Below are positions 37,825 to 48,989 of a stretch of 64,000 nucleotides of DNA, one piece after another. The translations under genes were made by a program, and so were the position numbers. The notes under the pieces were generated by a model that saw nothing but the letters and a program-made list of their open reading frames with translations, ran no database searches and had not been told where the DNA came from. Source of the DNA: an uncultured Candidatus Saccharibacteria bacterium (GTDB lineage Bacteria > Patescibacteriota > Saccharimonadia > Saccharimonadales > JAGQNJ01). Where the stretch lies: NCBI GenBank assembly GCA_964510945.1, contig CAZEED010000004.1, forward strand, positions 1,250 to 65,249. The letters are read 5' to 3'. Numbering within the stretch: the stretch's first letter is position 1; the number at the start of each line of letters is the position of its first letter.

Positions 37825-39734
37825 TATTTTTCTTTCTTGTCTTCGTCTATAACTTCACCTTCTACAGGTTCGTCATCTTTTTTTGATTTTTTATCTGACT
37901 TCTCATCTGACTTTTCTTCACCGTTCGATGCTTGCTCGTACATCTTTGCACCTATTGGCATTATTCTGTCGTTAAGCTCTTTGGCGGCTGTTTCAAGTTT
38001 TTCTTTGTCAGCTTTCTCATCAGACAGAGCCTTTTTGGCTTCTTCGACTGCCTTGTCGATGTTCTTAACGTCTTCTTCGCTAAGCTTGTCTTTGCTTTCA
38101 GTTTTTAGCTTTTCAGCCTGATAGACAGCACTATCTAGTTGGTTCCGGACCTCGATTGCTTCGCGCTTTTTCTTGTCTTCGTCAGCGTGTGCTTCAGCCT
38201 CTTTAGCGGCTTTTTCAACTTCTTCTTTATCTAGGTTACCACTGTTTTGGATGGTAATGCTTTGTTCTTTGCCAGAGCCCTTGTCCTTCGCACTAACATT
38301 AAGGATTCCGTTAGCATCGATGTTAAACGTCACTTCAATTTGCGGAACACCGCGAGGCGCTGGAGGAATACCATCAAGCACGAATCTACCAAGCGATTTG
38401 TTATCGGCTACCATTTCGCGTTCGCCCTGTAACACGTGAATCTCTACTTGTGGTTGATTATCTGCAGCAGTCGAAAATGTCTCGCTCTTACTTGACGGGA
38501 TTGTAGTGTTTCGCTCAATTAGTTTCGTGGTTATACCACCAAGCGTTTCGATGCCTAACGAAAGTGGAGTTACGTCAAGTAACAAGACGTCTTTAACGTC
38601 ACCCTGAAGTACTCCACCTTGGATTGCCGCACCTACGGCTACAACCTCGTCTGGATTCACGCCTTTTTTAGGCTCTTTACCGAAGATTTCTTTAACTTTC
38701 TCTATAACTGCTGGCATTCGTGTCATTCCACCAACTAGGATCACCTCGTTAATGTCTTTGGCTTCAAGCTTGGCATCTTTAAGGGCTTTCTTGCACGGCT
38801 CGGCAGTTTTGTCGATGTAATCTTGCACTAGATCAACAAGTTTTGCACGAGTTAGCTTATACTCAAAGTGTTTTGGACCTTCAGCATCAGCAGTTAGAAA
38901 TGGTAGGTTGATATCAGCGACTTCCGTAGTTGATAGTTCTTTCTTGGCTTTCTCAGCTTCCTCTTTTAGGCGTTGCATTGCTGCTTTGTCGGTTTTTACA
39001 TCAACGCCAGTCTCTTTTTTAAACTCATCAACAAAGTGATTAACAATCTTCAGGTCAAAATCTTCACCGCCAAGGTGCGTATCACCGTTGGTTGATAGTA
39101 CTTCAAAGACACCATCACCTAACTGCAAGATAGATACGTCAAAAGTACCGCCACCAAGGTCAAATACCGCGATTTTTTCTTCTTTGCCCTTGTCTAACCC
39201 ATAGGCAAGAGCGGCCGCAGTTGGCTCGTTGATGATTCGCTTTACTTCTAGGCCGGCAATTTTTCCGGCATCTTTAGTTGCCTGTCTTTGACTATCGTCA
39301 AAATATGCGGGTACGGTAATTACAGCCTCTGTAACTGGTTCGCCCAAAAATTTTTCGGCATCAGCTTTTAGCTTACCTAAGATCATGGCGCTAACTTCTT
39401 CTGGACTATATTGTTTGTCTGACATCTTTACTTTGACGCCGTTTCCACTCTTTTCTATCTCGTAAGGCATGAGTTCAATATCACGCTGGACCTCTTTACT
39501 ATCAAACTTTCGTCCGATCAATCTTTTAATTCCAAAGATTGTATTATTTGGATTTGTAACTCGTTGACGATTAGCTACCTGACCAACAAGTCGTTCGCCA
39601 TTTTTATTAATCGCTACAACTGATGGTGTCGTTCGGTTGCCCTCGGTATTAGCAATAATCTCTGGCTTACCAGACTGCATTACGGCCATTGCACTGTTTG
39701 TTGTTCCTAGATCTATTCCTATTATCTTTCCCAT
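37824..39734 (-). CDS. dnaK: Chaperone DnaK (Hsp70)
   Basis: [17 protein letters not shown], full length. Confidence 0.98.
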   Translation of the reverse strand: MGKIIGIDLGTTNSAMAVMQSGKPEIIANTEGNRTTPSVVAINKNGERLVGQVANRQRVTNPNNTIFGIKRLIGRKFDSKEVQRDIELMPYEIEKSGNGVKVKMSDKQYSPEEVSAMILGKLKADAEKFLGEPVTEAVITVPAYFDDSQRQATKDAGKIAGLEVKRIINEPTAAALAYGLDKGKEEKIAVFDLGGGTFDVSILQLGDGVFEVLSTNGDTHLGGEDFDLKIVNHFVDEFKKETGVDVKTDKAAMQRLKEEAEKAKKELSTTEVADINLPFLTADAEGPKHFEYKLTRAKLVDLVQDYIDKTAEPCKKALKDAKLEAKDINEVILVGGMTRMPAVIEKVKEIFGKEPKKGVNPDEVVAVGAAIQGGVLQGDVKDVLLLDVTPLSLGIETLGGITTKLIERNTTIPSSKSETFSTAADNQPQVEIHVLQGEREMVADNKSLGRFVLDGIPPAPRGVPQIEVTFNIDANGILNVSAKDKGSGKEQSITIQNSGNLDKEEVEKAAKEAEAHADEDKKKREAIEVRNQLDSAVYQAEKLKTESKDKLSEEDVKNIDKAVEEAKKALSDEKADKEKLETAAKELNDRIMPIGAKMYEQASNGEEKSDEKSDKKSKKDDEPVEGEVIDEDKKEK

Positions 39735-39736
39735 AA

Positions 39737-40246
39737 TTATTTACCTCCTTTAAGGTTTACCTTTTTAACTTTTACCATTGCATGACGAATAATTACGTCA
39801 TTTAACTTATATCCAGATTGAAGCTCTTCACTCACCATCTCTGTACCTGCTGATAATTCATTCTCATCCTCTTCAACGCCAACCGCTTCATGCAGATTAG
39901 GGTCAAATTGTTCTCCGACAGTCATTATCTTCTCGACGCCCATTTGTTGGAGCGTATCTTCAAATTGTTTTACAACACCTGAAACTCCTTTTACATAATC
40001 GTTATTTTCTAAATCTTTCGGTACGTGCTTTAGTGCGCGTTCAAAATTATCAATAACTGGTAATAAATCCTCTATAACCCCGACCTTAACCAAGTCTTTC
40101 AGACTGGCAATCTGCTCATCATGACGACGCCTGATATTCAAAGAATCTGCGCGTTCACGCTGTAGAGCCTCAGTGAGCTCACCAACTTGTTGCTTTAAAT
40201 CCTCAACTAAATTCTTTTTATTCTTAGCTTTTGGCTTTTCAGACAT
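39737..40246 (-). CDS. grpE: Nucleotide exchange factor GrpE
   Basis: Coiled-coil N-terminus; ...FDPNLHEAV... C-terminal beta domain. Confidence 0.9.
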   Translation of the reverse strand: MSEKPKAKNKKNLVEDLKQQVGELTEALQRERADSLNIRRRHDEQIASLKDLVKVGVIEDLLPVIDNFERALKHVPKDLENNDYVKGVSGVVKQFEDTLQQMGVEKIMTVGEQFDPNLHEAVGVEEDENELSAGTEMVSEELQSGYKLNDVIIRHAMVKVKKVNLKGGK

Positions 40247-40958
40247 ACAATGCCTCCTCTAATGCTTGGCCAGTCTGTCTAACTAGCGATATTACTCCGC
40301 GATAACTTTGGCGTGTTGGGCCTAGTACACCAACGTAACTATGATCAGAATAAGGACTTCGGAATCTACTAATGATAAGACTACATCCCGCACTACCACC
40401 GATTGGATTTTCTCGTCCGATATATACATTCAGCGGTTCGTTAGGCGCTGTCTCTTTTAGCCAAGGCTGTAGATTGTCCAGAAGCCTCGCAACCTCCTGG
40501 ACTTGGCCCGGTTGAATAAATTCTGGCTGACCAAACAAATTACTAAGACCACTCATATACAGCTGATCACCAATTGTCCCGATGCCTAGATTGCTAGTTA
40601 ATTCAACTAGCGTATCAACTGCATTGCGGATGGTTTGTTTTGGCATGCCTGCATTTTCAACTCTTGCCGACAAAGCTCGTTCTGCCCTTTTACTAGTGGT
40701 TGGTTGATCTTGCTCTTGAAGCAAATTAACATAATGCCGATAACCTTTATCGGTTGGGATTCTCCCGGCACTAGTATACGGTTGTTTTATGAAGCCTAAT
40801 TTTTCTAGCTCGGCCATTTCGGCCCTTATTGTGGCGGAAGATACATTAAACGCTTTTGAAAGTAAACTACTGCCTACGGGGCTAGCTACCTCTGCATACT
40901 GCTCTACAATAGAGGCCAAAATCTTTTCTTGTCTTGGTGATAAATTAGCACTTAACAT
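40239..40958 (-). CDS. hrcA: Heat-inducible repressor HrcA (short, 239 aa)
   Basis: LS.RQ..IL..IV..Y......PVGS..L......VSSATIR.EM..LE..G....PYTSAGRIPT.KGYR.YV. Confidence 0.85.
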   Translation of the reverse strand: MLSANLSPRQEKILASIVEQYAEVASPVGSSLLSKAFNVSSATIRAEMAELEKLGFIKQPYTSAGRIPTDKGYRHYVNLLQEQDQPTTSKRAERALSARVENAGMPKQTIRNAVDTLVELTSNLGIGTIGDQLYMSGLSNLFGQPEFIQPGQVQEVARLLDNLQPWLKETAPNEPLNVYIGRENPIGGSAGCSLIISRFRSPYSDHSYVGVLGPTRQSYRGVISLVRQTGQALEEALYV

Positions 40959-40969
40959 TTGTAACTGCT

Positions 40970-41007
40970 AGTGTATCAAATCTGGCACTCTCATGTCAAG
41001 AGTGCCA
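40970..41007 (-). promoter_or_regulatory. CIRCE-like operator overlapping the hrcA promoter
   Basis: TGGCACTC-N9-GAGTGCCA at 40983..41007 (consensus TTAGCACTC-N9-GAGTGCTAA). On the minus strand TTGACA (40994..40999, inside the N9 loop), 18 nt spacer, TACACT (40970..40975). Confidence 0.75.
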
Positions 41008-41080
41008 ATATGTTTATTCGAAAGTGCTAGCGGATAAGCATACTTAGCATGCATATCATGGGTCAAAAGTGCCGTAGTTA

Positions 41081-41635
41081 TTACTCTGTTGAAACCCGAA
41101 GAAGATCAAGCGCAAGCTGGGGAATATATCCTGGGTCTACACCTCCATCTTCCGACCTTGGTCTTGAGACAGTTTCTGCTGTTGGCGCTGAATATAGTGC
41201 CGACAATACAGGGTACACACCTAGACGACGATCAGTTATATTCATTACCGGTTGATGCATATCTCCTTCCGAATAAAGCATCAACCGTCGCACTGGTTCT
41301 TCATAATCAAGTTCTGCATTAGGCGTATCACCAGGCATTAGGTATTCATGCAGATGTTTTCTTCGCTGAAATGCACGAACACATCTCAAAGTATCAGGAT
41401 CATGCATATATAGATCGACGGTTGTCGTAACAGAAACACGGCCCAACGTATCACGCTGCTTAACAACCCTAATTTTTCGATCTCCACTAGCTTCCTCCTC
41501 TATATGAGCATCCGTGATCCCATCCCAATGATTTGGCCTATCGCCAACAACAATACCCTGACTTAGCCTCTCAGCTGTAGTCCACAAAAACTTATGTCTA
41601 GCCCCAACTTCCGGTTGTCCAAATTTTTTACTCAT
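41081..41635 (-). CDS. Hypothetical protein
   Basis: ORF; start moved to MSKKFGQPEV (41635). No motif. Confidence 0.45.
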   Translation of the reverse strand: MSKKFGQPEVGARHKFLWTTAERLSQGIVVGDRPNHWDGITDAHIEEEASGDRKIRVVKQRDTLGRVSVTTTVDLYMHDPDTLRCVRAFQRRKHLHEYLMPGDTPNAELDYEEPVRRLMLYSEGDMHQPVMNITDRRLGVYPVLSALYSAPTAETVSRPRSEDGGVDPGYIPQLALDLLRVSTE

Positions 41636-41963
41636 ATCAAAAACTATGTTCCCTACAATAATTTTTTGCAAGCATAACAATTACATAATATTGGCAATGC
41701 AATGAATTATGTAGTATAATATATTTGATGGAACGTCAAACTAAAAATGAATCCGGAAGACCTTTAGCTAGTTTTTTACTTAGAATAATAGAATTAGGTG
41801 AATCCGCTATACACTGGTGGATCATCAATGCTGATTTTAGCGACACAGAAGCTAGCCTGCGCGCACAAGCACGGCCTAGTCAGACCCAAAACAATATTCC
41901 AGATCATTTCGATTGATAAGAGTACGTTTGCACACAGACAGAGAGAAAGCTTATAATTAATCT

Positions 41964-42590
41964 ATGGAACGACTAGACGAAGTATCGATCAGCAAATTAA
42001 AGATATGGCTAGGAACAGGTTCGATTAATATTTTTGGTAGGCCATTTTCTGGCAAAGACACACAAGGCAAAAAACTGGCTCAACTCTTCAATGCACCACT
42101 AATTGGAGGTGGCGATATTTTGCGTGCCAGCAAGATTCCAGATGACGTTAAACAAATTATGAGTCGTGGGGAGCTAATCCCAACCAATGACTATGTTAAT
42201 ATTGTTCTCCCGTATTTATCTCAAGAATCTTTAAGAGATAAAGCACTGATATTAAGCTCTGTGGGACGATGGCAAGGGGAAGAATCTGGAGTTATGAGTG
42301 CCTTAAAATCGGCGAATCATCCGCTCAAAGTTGTTATTTATCTTGAGATAACTGAATCAGATGTTAGTAAACGTTGGGAGGCCGCTCGAAGTCTTGGCGA
42401 TAGAGGCAGACGATCAGATGATGCGCACGAAACCCTCTCCACAAGGTTAAAAGAATTTAAAGAAAAGACTATCCCTGTCATAGAATATTACGAAAAAAGT
42501 AACTTATTAATAAAGGTTGACGGATCAAAATCAGAGGAAACAATATTGAAGAATATCCTCGAGTCACTTTTGACTTTTACGACAAATTAA
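41964..42590 (+). CDS. Adenylate kinase-like nucleoside monophosphate kinase
   Basis: P-loop IFGRPFSGKDTQ; GGGDILRA; ...GELIP; LID-like RRSDD. Confidence 0.7.
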   Translation: MERLDEVSISKLKIWLGTGSINIFGRPFSGKDTQGKKLAQLFNAPLIGGGDILRASKIPDDVKQIMSRGELIPTNDYVNIVLPYLSQESLRDKALILSSVGRWQGEESGVMSALKSANHPLKVVIYLEITESDVSKRWEAARSLGDRGRRSDDAHETLSTRLKEFKEKTIPVIEYYEKSNLLIKVDGSKSEETILKNILESLLTFTTN

Positions 42591-44365
42591 TCGCGTTTGA
42601 GCATCACCGTAAAAGCTTCGGGTGGTATTTCTACGTTGCCAAATTTTTTCATCCTAGCTTTACCCTTTTTTTGCTTGGCTAGTTGTTTTTTCTTTCGCGA
42701 GACATCACCACCATATAGCCCAACCGTCACGTCTTTACGATAGGCGCTGATATCCTCACGGGCAATAAAACTTCCGCCAATTGCCGCCTGCAAACTTACC
42801 TTAAACTGCTGACGTGGGATTACTTCTTTCAACTTACCGACAATCTCTCTACCAAAATTCACGGCTTCAGACCTATGTGTCATGACTGATAGTGATTCTA
42901 CAATCTCGCCGGCCACATAAAAATCTACCCTCACCAAATCTTCTACTCGATAATCATCTAGCTCATAGTTAAACGAGCCGTAACCACTAGTGACGCTCTT
43001 TAGTTGATCATAAAAATCTGTTAGTAAGTTTGCGAGCGGTGCTTCAAAGTTAACCACTGCTAATTCGTCTACGTAAGATATATTTTTTTGTAATCCCCTT
43101 TTTGAAGAAATCAACTGAATAACCCCTCCGACAAAACTATTTTGGACGACGATCTCGCCCTTAATCCATGGCTCTTTTATCTCGGCAACTTTTGACACAT
43201 CCGGAAGTTCTGATGCAGATTTAATATCCATCTCCTCGCCACTACTTAAAATGACCTTGTAGTCTGTAGACGGATTAGTCACGATTAGCTCTAGATCATA
43301 CTCGCGCTCGAGTCTTTCTTTGACGATATCCATATGAAGTAATCCCAAAAAACCAACCCTTAGACCAAAACCTAGTACTGGCGAATTCTCTGGCTCATAT
43401 CTTAGTGCGGAGTCAGACAAGGCTAGCTTTTCGATGGCGTCTTTTAGATCGCTATAATCTTCATTGCTTGTCGGGAAAAACCCGGCATAAACAAATGGCA
43501 AAACTTCTTTATAACCCGGTAAAGGATCGATAGAAGGATGGTCTTTCAAAGTTACGGTGTCACCAACTTTAGCTTGTTGAGTACTTTTTAAGTTAGTTAC
43601 GATAAAGCCTATCTCGCCGGTATTTATTGATTTATCTGAAGACATGTCTGGGCTAAGGTGTCCGACGTCAAGAGCAATCCCGTTAGCGCCTGCAGCCACC
43701 ATGCGAATCTCATTATTTTTTTCAATCTTTCCGTCCACTACTCGAACATACAAAATAACTCCGCGATATTCATCATAATAACTATCAAAAATTAGTGCCC
43801 TAGTATCGTTAGATTCAATACCTTTTGGAGGTGGAACATCTGAGACTATTCTTTCTAAAACTTCCTCTACACCTTGGCCGGTCTTGGCAGATATTTTGAT
43901 GATTTCATCCTCACTGCAACCCAGTAGTGAAATTACTTCAGCACTAACCCGTTCAACGTCACTAGCTGGCAAATCAATTTTATTTAACACTGGAATGATT
44001 TTAAGGTCTTGTTCTAGAGCTAAGTAAACGTTGGCAAGTGTCTGAGCCTGGATGCCTTGGCTAGCATCAACGACCAGTAACGCACCCTCGCATGCTTGCA
44101 AGCTTCGAGAAACTTCATAACTAAAATCAACATGTCCGGGAGTATCAATTAGGTTTAGCTCGCAATCCTGATATTTCATTCTAACGGGCTGCAACTTTAT
44201 AGTTATACCCTTCTCGCGTTCTAGATCCATACGATCTAGTAGCTGAGCTTTCATATTCCGTTTTTCGATTGTCCCAGTCAATTCAAGTAATCTATCGGCA
44301 AGCGTGCTCTTACCGTGATCAATATGCGCAATAATGCAAAAATTTCTAATGTGGCTCTGGTTCAT
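42587..44365 (-). CDS. lepA: Translation factor EF4 (LepA)
   Basis: IRNFCIIAHIDHGKSTLADR, DTPGHVDF, NKID, full length. A GGAGG RBS lies 8 nt upstream. Confidence 0.97.
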   Translation of the reverse strand: MNQSHIRNFCIIAHIDHGKSTLADRLLELTGTIEKRNMKAQLLDRMDLEREKGITIKLQPVRMKYQDCELNLIDTPGHVDFSYEVSRSLQACEGALLVVDASQGIQAQTLANVYLALEQDLKIIPVLNKIDLPASDVERVSAEVISLLGCSEDEIIKISAKTGQGVEEVLERIVSDVPPPKGIESNDTRALIFDSYYDEYRGVILYVRVVDGKIEKNNEIRMVAAGANGIALDVGHLSPDMSSDKSINTGEIGFIVTNLKSTQQAKVGDTVTLKDHPSIDPLPGYKEVLPFVYAGFFPTSNEDYSDLKDAIEKLALSDSALRYEPENSPVLGFGLRVGFLGLLHMDIVKERLEREYDLELIVTNPSTDYKVILSSGEEMDIKSASELPDVSKVAEIKEPWIKGEIVVQNSFVGGVIQLISSKRGLQKNISYVDELAVVNFEAPLANLLTDFYDQLKSVTSGYGSFNYELDDYRVEDLVRVDFYVAGEIVESLSVMTHRSEAVNFGREIVGKLKEVIPRQQFKVSLQAAIGGSFIAREDISAYRKDVTVGLYGGDVSRKKKQLAKQKKGKARMKKFGNVEIPPEAFTVMLKRD

Positions 44366-44508
44366 TCGTTTTCCTCCGGAAAGAGAAGCCCAACTAAAAT
44401 GTATTCCATTTTGCTGGCGCGATGAGAAAACCGCGAAGGGGTTGTCTTATAAGCGAAGCGCTCACTATGCGCAATAATGCAAAAATTTCTAATGTGGTCT
44501 TGTTTCAT
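44362..44508 (-). CDS. 48-codon upstream ORF derived from a duplicated lepA 5' end (expression unproven)
   Basis: Own translation: MKQDHIRNFCIIAHSERFAYKTTPSRFSHRASKMEYILVGLLFPEENE*. The stop TGA overlaps the lepA ATG (ATGA). 39 of 43 nt at 44466..44508 equal 44323..44365. Confidence 0.35.
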   Translation of the reverse strand: MKQDHIRNFCIIAHSERFAYKTTPSRFSHRASKMEYILVGLLFPEENE

Positions 44509-44517
44509 GTGGATGCC

Positions 44518-44526
44518 ATTATAACA
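44518..44526 (-). promoter_or_regulatory. Extended -10 promoter (TGTTATAAT) 9 nt upstream of the uORF ATG
   Basis: Minus strand reads ...CTCTGTTATAATGGCATCCACATG. It sits immediately after the murJ stop. Confidence 0.45.
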
Positions 44527-44544
44527 GAGAAGGGGCTACGTATG

Positions 44545-46143
44545 TTACCAATCAATTTTGACAGGTTTGAAAACAATCTTTTTTATTCTATTAGTTACAG
44601 CCTTTGACTCTTCGATATTAAATAAGGACGACATAAAAATATACACACCAAAAGTCACTAGAGATATTGCTACTAGTTTGGTGCCGAGCGTTATGAATCC
44701 AATGTCCGAGGCATTAAGAGGCAAGAACGAAATTGCGATATACGTTGCTACAACGGCGAAACCTGAAACTGACATAATGCGGGTTAAATCGCCCAAGAAG
44801 TTCAGAGTAAAGATCTTTTTGTCCCTGATTAGCATTAATATGACTAAAATGAATACCTCGGCCGCAGCCGCAATACTTTGGGCGATAGCAAGTCCGGCCA
44901 CACCATACGAATTTCGATTAGACAATTTCCAGGCCAAGAATATATTAAGTGCAATAATAAACACCGATACGAGCAAAGGAGTTACCGAATCTTTATTGGC
45001 ATAAAAATATCGAGAAATTATCTGATATATAGTCCTAAAGAATATCGCCCCACATAAAAAGCCTAAGATTAGTGCAATTTGATTGGCATCATCAGGTCTA
45101 GCATAAATAATACGCGCCAAATATCCCCGCGCAAAAAACGATACGATAACAACTGGCATCAAAATCCAAATCATCGCCCGAAGAACATCAATAAACTCTT
45201 TACGAAATAAGTCTGGCCGACCCATAGACAAACGTTCAGTAAGCTTTGGGTATGCTGCTGTGGAGATTGCTGTACCAATTAGCATTATTGGAGTCGTATG
45301 GATAACATAGGCATTTTCGTAATAGGTGATGTTACCGGACCCAAGCCTGTTAGCGAAGTTTGTCTCTGCGATTGAGTTAATGGCGTCGATTCCTTGATCG
45401 ATTGACCTTGCCGGTAACTGCCTTAGTACGCCCCGAAACGCGGCATTCTCCCACCTAATCATCGTTTCGTATCTAAACTTGGTACCCCACATACCAGCTA
45501 ATGCAATAACTAACTGCAGTACAGCACCAGCTACCGCACCCACGCCGAGCCCTACAATCCCGACATTATTTCTGAACAAAAATATACTAGCGATAATTGC
45601 GATGCTGTAAAAAAGTGGTGCCACAGCGTAGAAAAAGAAACGTCCAATGGTCTGCTGAACGCTCATCAAAATACCAGATATCGTAAACATCAGCGGGTTT
45701 AGTGCCACAAGACGCATTATTGTTACCGCATTACTCAATTGTTCTGGCGTCAAATTAGGACCGACGAGTGTACTGATTAACTGCTCTGCAAATACAAAAA
45801 TTAGCAGACCGACAACAAACATAAAGATCATAAGCAAGTTCAGCAGGCTTGATGATATTTGCCAAGCGCCTTTCCTATCACCTTTTTCTAATTTATCGGA
45901 CAAGTATGGAATGAAGGCAACACCAAGTGCACCAGCTGCAATCGTCATAAAAAAGAAATCGGGTATTTTAAAGGCAGCAAAGTATGCATCGGTGCTTTGC
46001 AAACCGGTTGCGGGAAAGTTAGCATTAATAAGCTTCACTTTTAAAAAGCCCAAGACTTGTCCGAGCAATGAAATAGAGATAAGCAGTGTGGCTGCGCCAC
46101 CTATAGACATACTCTTGCTGGCGCGTTTTAAAAAGCGGTTCAT
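44545..46143 (-). CDS. murJ: Lipid II flippase MurJ (MviN)
   Basis: 14-TM MOP-family pattern; ...VLGF.R......FG......DAF..AF..P. Confidence 0.9.
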   Translation of the reverse strand: MNRFLKRASKSMSIGGAATLLISISLLGQVLGFLKVKLINANFPATGLQSTDAYFAAFKIPDFFFMTIAAGALGVAFIPYLSDKLEKGDRKGAWQISSSLLNLLMIFMFVVGLLIFVFAEQLISTLVGPNLTPEQLSNAVTIMRLVALNPLMFTISGILMSVQQTIGRFFFYAVAPLFYSIAIIASIFLFRNNVGIVGLGVGAVAGAVLQLVIALAGMWGTKFRYETMIRWENAAFRGVLRQLPARSIDQGIDAINSIAETNFANRLGSGNITYYENAYVIHTTPIMLIGTAISTAAYPKLTERLSMGRPDLFRKEFIDVLRAMIWILMPVVIVSFFARGYLARIIYARPDDANQIALILGFLCGAIFFRTIYQIISRYFYANKDSVTPLLVSVFIIALNIFLAWKLSNRNSYGVAGLAIAQSIAAAAEVFILVILMLIRDKKIFTLNFLGDLTRIMSVSGFAVVATYIAISFLPLNASDIGFITLGTKLVAISLVTFGVYIFMSSLFNIEESKAVTNRIKKIVFKPVKIDW

Positions 46144-46190
46144 TTAACGCTTATTATAGGGCGTATAACTGTTTTTACAAACGTCTAAAA

Positions 46191-48059
46191 TCAATAAAGT
46201 AGGGCAGATTTTGGCATAACACTACCCTTTAATATCTCTAGAACTTCCTCGGCTTCAACTGTTTCTTTTTTGAGTAAAACTTCTTTTAGTTTTTCTAGTC
46301 CAGCTTTGTTGGCTTTAAGTACTTCGCGGGCACGATTAGCAGCCTCAGTGATTAGATTTTCTACTTCATCATCAATCATCTTGGCAGTCTCTTCAGAATA
46401 TTGGCGTTCGTGCATGAGTTTGTCCATCATAATACCCTCGTCAACATGAAAAACTTGATTACGAAGCCGACCGCTACCCATTCCCTGATTAATAATCATG
46501 TCTCTAGCCAATTCAGCAGCACTAGGTAAGTCAGAACCAGCGCCAGTCGTAACGTGCTCTTTTCCATATATCAGTTCTTCGGCAATTCGGCCACCCAACA
46601 TTCTAGCTAGGGCATCTTTGAATTCGACAATACTGTGATAACTCTTGTCCTCAGGTGGGATTGACCATGTTACGCCACCTGTATTTCCACGAGAGATGAT
46701 AGTTACTTTATGAATCGGATCACTATCAGGTAATACGTGTCCAACTACTGCGTGACCACCTTCGTGATAAGCAGATAATTCTTTTTCTTTGTCGCTCATG
46801 ACTTTGCTCTTGCGCTCAGGGCCAATCGCTACTTTTTCAAACGCCGCAGTTACATCAGCTTGTTTTATAATTTTTCGGTTTTCTCTGGCTGCGATAATCG
46901 CCGCTTCGTTTACGATGTTGCCAAGGTCTGCACCTGATGATCCGGCAGTTTTGGCAGCCAACGCATCAAGATTAACGTGAGAGTCTAATGGTTTTTTCTC
47001 AAAATGGACTTCTAGTATGGCTTTTCGTGCCTTACGATCAGGTAGATCAATCTTTACGCGACGATCAAAACGTCCCGGTCGAAGTAGTGCTGGATCAAGG
47101 ACATCAGCTCGGTTAGTCGCTGCCAAAACTATGACATTTTGACCTTGTTCAAAACCGTCCATTTCTACAAGAATTTGATTTAAGGTTTGTTCACGTTCGT
47201 CATGACCGCCACCCATTCCACTACCACGTTTTCGCCCTACAGCGTCGATCTCATCGATAAAGATAATACAAGGCGCATTCTTTTTGGCTTTCGCAAAAAG
47301 ATCACGCACCCTTGATGCACCCACACCAACAAACATCTCCACAAATTCAGATCCAGAAATACTAAAGAACGGCACTCCTGCTTCACCCGCCACCGCGCGA
47401 GCCAACATTGTTTTACCTGTTCCTGGCGGACCCACCAACAAAACACCTTGAGGAATTCTCGCTCCTAGACCAATAAACTTTTTTGGATGCTTCAAAAAGT
47501 CTACAACTTCTTCAAGATCCTGTTTGGCCTCTTCTGTACCAGCAATGTTTTTAAAGGTTACTTTGTCTTTTTCGTTACCGTATAACCGCGCCTTACTTTT
47601 ACCAAAACTCATTGCTTGGTTACCCTGACCTTGCGCACTTTTTAACATAAAGAATAAAACGCCAGTTATGATAATGACCGGTAGCAGCGAGACACCAATG
47701 TTAGTCCATGTCGCGTTGGAATCTGCAGGTTTTATCACTAACTCAACCTTTGAGGTATCCAGACCTTGCTCGCTTAGTGAAGATCCCGATTCTTTTCTTG
47801 ACTCTTCGGTTGGATCACTTTCGCCCTTTTTTGTAATTACTAATTCGTCGCCAGTGACTTCAATTTTTTGAATCTCGCCTTTATTGGCCCTTGTAACTAC
47901 GCCACTAAACGGTACAGAAGTTAAATTGCTAGGTTTATTGAGTGAGGCATAAATTATCAGTCCTACTAAAACTACAATAACTACAAAACCAATGTTCTTA
48001 AGCCCACGCTTGTTATTGTAGCTATTCCCACCTGGACGCTGTTTCAACTTTTTATCCAT
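46191..48059 (-). CDS. ftsH: ATP-dependent zinc metalloprotease FtsH
   Basis: [11 protein letters not shown] region, HEGGHA zinc motif. Confidence 0.97.
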   Translation of the reverse strand: MDKKLKQRPGGNSYNNKRGLKNIGFVVIVVLVGLIIYASLNKPSNLTSVPFSGVVTRANKGEIQKIEVTGDELVITKKGESDPTEESRKESGSSLSEQGLDTSKVELVIKPADSNATWTNIGVSLLPVIIITGVLFFMLKSAQGQGNQAMSFGKSKARLYGNEKDKVTFKNIAGTEEAKQDLEEVVDFLKHPKKFIGLGARIPQGVLLVGPPGTGKTMLARAVAGEAGVPFFSISGSEFVEMFVGVGASRVRDLFAKAKKNAPCIIFIDEIDAVGRKRGSGMGGGHDEREQTLNQILVEMDGFEQGQNVIVLAATNRADVLDPALLRPGRFDRRVKIDLPDRKARKAILEVHFEKKPLDSHVNLDALAAKTAGSSGADLGNIVNEAAIIAARENRKIIKQADVTAAFEKVAIGPERKSKVMSDKEKELSAYHEGGHAVVGHVLPDSDPIHKVTIISRGNTGGVTWSIPPEDKSYHSIVEFKDALARMLGGRIAEELIYGKEHVTTGAGSDLPSAAELARDMIINQGMGSGRLRNQVFHVDEGIMMDKLMHERQYSEETAKMIDDEVENLITEAANRAREVLKANKAGLEKLKEVLLKKETVEAEEVLEILKGSVMPKSALLY

Positions 48060-48106
48060 ACAAACAATTATTATACCTATAATCCCAGATATTTATAGAT
48101 GCGAGT

Positions 48107-48982
48107 TTATCTTTTAATTATTTCTACGTACTCTTGATCTAATCTGACCTGATTCTTGCCATAGATTTCTATAGTTTTACCAGTAGGCAAAGTGCGAATA
48201 CCACGTACAATTCTATCGATAGTTCTCTTATCAAATTCCGCTAGTCCGTTCTCTCGTAACCATCCGGCAACTACTTCACAGCTAATAGAGTAAGGTAAGT
48301 TTAAAAGCTTTGATCTTTTGATCTTCTCTTTAGCTCCAATAATTGTCGAAATAGCCTCGTCCACTTCAATATTGATCGGCTGATGCGATCTATATAGCTG
48401 GATAATCTGCTCTTTTTTATCATCACCCATCTTTGGTAGTAGCACATGTCTGATCCAGTTGCGTGTATATTTTGTGTCGAGGTTAGTGGAATCTTCAACC
48501 CAGGCGAGTTTGTTTTGTTTTACGTAATCTATTATTTCTTTTTTTGTAACATTAAGTAGTGGACGGAGAACCTGTTTTTGATTCGATAGAGCCGTAACGC
48601 CTTTTCGTCCAGTTCCGCGAAGGATATTAAAAATAACTGTCTCCACTACATCGTCTTGGTGGTGCGCAGTAATAATAGCCTTGGCTTTCTCGCTCTTTAG
48701 GACTTCAAACAAAAAATCATATCTAGCATTTCTCGCTTCGTCCTCGCTGACATCACTGCCAAGCTTACCTACTCCCAGCATAATTTTCAGACCATATTTT
48801 TTTGCCAATTTAACTACAAAATCCGCGTCATTTGCCGATTCTTGCCGAATCCCATGATCGAAGTGAGCAACAACTAAATCTAGATTTTTGTTTTTTGATA
48901 ACAAATCGAGCAATACGACCGAATCTACACCACCGGACACGGCTACAATATACAAACCGCTATCCAAGTTAATCTTGTCCAT
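48107..48982 (-). CDS. tilS: tRNA(Ile)-lysidine synthase TilS
   Basis: PP-loop AVSGGVDS; start moved to MDKINLD (48982). Confidence 0.88.
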   Translation of the reverse strand: MDKINLDSGLYIVAVSGGVDSVVLLDLLSKNKNLDLVVAHFDHGIRQESANDADFVVKLAKKYGLKIMLGVGKLGSDVSEDEARNARYDFLFEVLKSEKAKAIITAHHQDDVVETVIFNILRGTGRKGVTALSNQKQVLRPLLNVTKKEIIDYVKQNKLAWVEDSTNLDTKYTRNWIRHVLLPKMGDDKKEQIIQLYRSHQPINIEVDEAISTIIGAKEKIKRSKLLNLPYSISCEVVAGWLRENGLAEFDKRTIDRIVRGIRTLPTGKTIEIYGKNQVRLDQEYVEIIKR

Positions 48983-48989
48983 TTCTAGT

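Noticed and set aside
41725-41916. 63-aa ORF downstream of a TATAAT-like box in the spacer before the adenylate-kinase-like gene
   Set aside because: There is no RBS, an unusual TTG-ATG start, and no motif. It cannot be distinguished from a chance ORF without comparative data, so it was not reported as a feature.
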